Below, piece by piece: positions 61,190 through 64,000 of a stretch of DNA of 64,000 nucleotides. The stretch lies in contig JAKSIS010000002.1 of the NCBI GenBank assembly GCA_024398665.1, positions 4,958 to 68,957 of the forward strand, given 5' to 3'. How positions within the stretch are numbered: position 1 is the stretch's first letter; each line of letters begins with the position of its first letter. A program made the position numbers and the translations under genes. A model generated the notes under the pieces. The model saw only the letters and a list, made by a program, of their open reading frames with translations, made no database searches and was not told the DNA's origin. The DNA comes from Bacteroidaceae bacterium. GTDB taxonomy: Bacteria; Bacteroidota; Bacteroidia; Bacteroidales; Bacteroidaceae.

Positions 61190-63511
61190 TCATTTCACTG
61201 CAATTTCCTCAACTGGAGTCTCAGGAAGCATGAGAGTCTTGACAGGCCAGCTCTTTGCCTTGCCCTTGAATGTGGCCATCTGGCGCACATCCAGAGCGCT
61301 TGCAGCGAACTTGACGGTATAGGTACCGGCAGCTGTCTGCCATTCGGATGCCTTTTCGTTGAATGAAGCAAGTGTGTAGGCATCGGCCTGGAATGTCAGG
61401 GTCTGACTTTCTCCGGGCTGGAGCAGGCGTGTCTTGGCGAATGCCTTAAGTTCCGATTCAGGCTTTACAAGACCGCCTTCCGGTGCGCTGACATAAACTT
61501 CAACAGTCTCCTTGCCGGCAACCTTGCCTGTGTTGGTCACTGTAACTGATGCGGTGAAACCGCCGTTCTTTGCGCTGACCTTGGGCTTGCTGTATTCGAA
61601 TGTGGTGTAGCTCAGGCCGTATCCGAACGGGAAGGAAACCTCCTTCTTTGCGGTATTGAAATAACGGTAGCCTACCCAAATGCCTTCAGCGTAGTTGGTG
61701 TAGTCAATGTCCTTGACCGGTTCGCGCTGCTGGCCCGGTACACCGCGCTGGCGTGCGGGCTGTCCGTTGTACGGGAAGTTGGCCGATGAGGGAATGTCCA
61801 GATAGTTCACCGGGAATGTCATTGACAGCTTGCCGGAAGGATTGGACTTGCCTGTTATGATGTCAGCGACTGAATTGCCCACCTCCTGTCCGGGAGTCCA
61901 TGCCAGAAGTATTGCATCGGGCTGTTCTTTCCATGAAGCGGTTTCAATGACGCCTCCAATGTTAAGTACGACTATGACCTTCTTGCCGGCCTGATGATAA
62001 GCGGCGCAGGCATCATTCAGAAGCTGTGTCTCAGCAGCGGTAAGGTTGAAGTCGTCAGTCATGCGGCGGTCATCGCCTTCACCGGCATTGCGTCCTATGA
62101 CAATGACAGCGGCGTCATTGCGCTGTGCTGTCGCACGTACGGCCTGCGAATTCACTGCAATCTCCGGCAGGACGGCTTCGCCCAGCAGGACATTGCGGCC
62201 GCCGGCTCCAAGAGCGCGTTCGCTGGCTGCAAAGTCACGGTACTTGGCATAGTAGTCAACAAGGCGGGCGTCAAGTGTGAAACCTGCAGCTTCCAGACCC
62301 TCGCTTATGTTGCGCACATATGCCTTGTTCACGTTGCCCGAACCTGTACCGCCCGCAATTGACTTGTATGCGGTCAGACCGAACAGTGCAATGTTTCCGC
62401 CCTGAAGCGGCAGTGCATCGGACTGGTTCTTGAGCAGTACCATACCTTCTGCAGCGGCCTCACGGACCAGTTTGGCATGACCCTCCAGGTCAGGCTTGTT
62501 AGAAAAATCATAACCCTTGAAGCGCGGGGTCTTGACAATGTACTGCAGCATGCGCTTGACGTTGCGGTCAAGATCCGCAATATCCAGCGTACCGTTGTTC
62601 ACTGCTTCAATCACGCGCTGTGTCTCATTGGGTGCACCCGGTTCCATCAGGTCATTGCCGGCCTTGACGGCGTCAACCGTTCCGGCCTTGTTGCCCCAGT
62701 CAGTCATGACAATGCCGTCAAAACCCCATTCGTCACGCAGGAAACCTGTCAGCAGGTCATGGTTCTGCTGCGTATACTTCCCGTTGATTTTGTTGTATGA
62801 TGACATGACGGTCCACGGTTTGCCTTCACGCACGGCAATCTCAAAGTTCTTCAGATAGAGTTCACGAAGCGCGCGCGGATTGATACGGGCATCGTTCTCC
62901 ATACGGTTTATCTCCTGGTCGTTGCCGGCAAAATGTTTGACGGATACGCCCACGCCCTGGCTCTGTATACCGCGGACATATGCAGCGCTTATCTTGCCGC
63001 TCAATAGGGGATCTTCACTGAAATATTCGAAATTGCGCCCGTTCAGCGGGTTGCGGTGCAGGTTCATGCCAGGTGCCAGAAGCACGTCAACTCCGTATTC
63101 GTGAACTTCCTCACCCATTGTGGCCAGCAGTTCCTCAACCATCGGGGTGTTCCATGTACATGCAAGCACTGTACCGATAGGATAGCCGGTGCAGTAATAG
63201 GTCTGGCTGTCACCCTGACGTACAGGTTCTATGCGAAGTCCCGCAGGACCGTCGGAAAGGACAGTAGCCGGTATTCCCAGACGAGCAATTGGCTGTGTCG
63301 TACCAGCAGCACCGGGAACAAGACGTGTGTCCGATGCGGTAACGCTGCCTGCATTCATGCTGCCCCATCCGGCGCCCACAATCAGAGTGGCCTTTTCCTC
63401 AAGGGTCATCTCTCTGACAATCTGATCTATGTTGTCAGCCGTCAGTTTCAACTGTGCCGATGCGGTGACAGCAGCGGCAAGTGTCATAACAGTAACAAAA
63501 GTTTTCTTCAT
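61190..63511 (-). CDS. Glycoside hydrolase family 3 beta-glucosidase (BglX-like), secreted
   Basis: Signal peptide ends ...AVTASA|QL. GH3 nucleophile region GIVMTDWG and a C-terminal fibronectin-like domain. Start at ATG 63509-63511. Confidence 0.9.
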   Translation of the reverse strand: MKKTFVTVMTLAAAVTASAQLKLTADNIDQIVREMTLEEKATLIVGAGWGSMNAGSVTASDTRLVPGAAGTTQPIARLGIPATVLSDGPAGLRIEPVRQGDSQTYYCTGYPIGTVLACTWNTPMVEELLATMGEEVHEYGVDVLLAPGMNLHRNPLNGRNFEYFSEDPLLSGKISAAYVRGIQSQGVGVSVKHFAGNDQEINRMENDARINPRALRELYLKNFEIAVREGKPWTVMSSYNKINGKYTQQNHDLLTGFLRDEWGFDGIVMTDWGNKAGTVDAVKAGNDLMEPGAPNETQRVIEAVNNGTLDIADLDRNVKRMLQYIVKTPRFKGYDFSNKPDLEGHAKLVREAAAEGMVLLKNQSDALPLQGGNIALFGLTAYKSIAGGTGSGNVNKAYVRNISEGLEAAGFTLDARLVDYYAKYRDFAASERALGAGGRNVLLGEAVLPEIAVNSQAVRATAQRNDAAVIVIGRNAGEGDDRRMTDDFNLTAAETQLLNDACAAYHQAGKKVIVVLNIGGVIETASWKEQPDAILLAWTPGQEVGNSVADIITGKSNPSGKLSMTFPVNYLDIPSSANFPYNGQPARQRGVPGQQREPVKDIDYTNYAEGIWVGYRYFNTAKKEVSFPFGYGLSYTTFEYSKPKVSAKNGGFTASVTVTNTGKVAGKETVEVYVSAPEGGLVKPESELKAFAKTRLLQPGESQTLTFQADAYTLASFNEKASEWQTAAGTYTVKFAASALDVRQMATFKGKAKSWPVKTLMLPETPVEEIAVK

Positions 63512-63536
63512 AAGTATATTTGGTTGTAAGATTGCA

Positions 63537-64000
63537 TCACTTTTCGCCGAAACACAGGTCACCTGCATCACCCAGACCCGGAATGATATATGCATGACTG
63601 TTCAGTTCAGGGTCAATGGCAGCGCACCACAGGGTAGTGATATCCTGGGGGAACATCTTCGTGACATAGTCTACTCCAGCCTGGGCTGCAATGACAGAAC
63701 AGAGATGGATGCGTGCAGGAGTACCCTTGAGCAGCAGGGCACGGTATGCCAGATACATGCTGTTGCCGGTAGCCAGCATGGGGTCTACAAGAATAAGTGT
63801 CTTGCCGTCAAGTTTTGGCGATGCCATATATTCAATGTGCACGTCGAAATTGACTTCATCCAGATACTTGCGGTAGGCCGATACGAAAGCGTTCTCGCAG
63901 TGGTCGAAATAGTTGTGGAAACCCTGATGAAGCGGAAGACCGGCACGGAATACGGTACCCAGCACGATATCCTCTTCAGGAACGTTTATGGTGGCTACGC
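63537..64000 (-). CDS. upp: Uracil phosphoribosyltransferase, 3' part (5' end beyond the window)
   Basis: PRPP motif ILVDPMLATGNS and C-terminal IIPGLGDAGD. The frame stays open upstream of the GTG listed in the track (...VATINVPEEDIVLGT). Confidence 0.88.
   Translation of the reverse strand, partial: VATINVPEEDIVLGTVFRAGLPLHQGFHNYFDHCENAFVSAYRKYLDEVNFDVHIEYMASPKLDGKTLILVDPMLATGNSMYLAYRALLLKGTPARIHLCSVIAAQAGVDYVTKMFPQDITTLWCAAIDPELNSHAYIIPGLGDAGDLCFGEK

Overview
This 64-kb segment looks like a Bacteroidales (Bacteroidota) chromosome. It has a fused SecDF, a long-form LepB and sigma-54. Several signal peptides place Gln at +1 after the predicted cleavage site. Most 5' intergenic regions contain an exact match to the Bacteroides -7 promoter box TAnnTTTG. 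I call 52 conventional protein genes plus one 15-codon leader ORF, all tightly packed with many 1-4 nt start/stop overlaps. By eye I found no rRNA, tRNA, CRISPR, IS or phage genes. Most content is housekeeping: secDF, argS, cysS, pnp, greA, rpoN, purT, purE, ispG, dapB, lepB, fabF-acpP, pckA and upp. There is also an envelope and lipid A block (two LTA-synthase paralogues, an LpxL-type acyltransferase, PAP2, an MsbA-like exporter, GT9, WbqC) and two lone glycosidases (GH2, GH3). The main finding is invisible to the ORF track. Upstream of a cluster encoding phenylacetate-CoA ligase, an ACT protein, an SSS permease, IorA, IorB and an aminotransferase lies a mini-ORF on the minus strand at 35796-35843. 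It encodes MKFVSASYYYYYYRT, with six consecutive Tyr codons. It sits between a consensus promoter and a GC-rich hairpin with a U8 tract, and alternative antiterminator pairing is possible. This is the architecture of a ribosome-mediated attenuator keyed to tyrosine. That logic suggests the cluster works biosynthetically, salvaging arylacetate into an aromatic amino acid, rather than only in fermentation. Secondary observations include a GraL-like terminated leader before greA, a PAP2 phosphatase with an OMP-like C-terminal half, a C26-M19 peptidase fusion, and a canonical plus degenerate rhomboid pair. All functions were assigned from motifs I recognise in the translations; no database search was possible.
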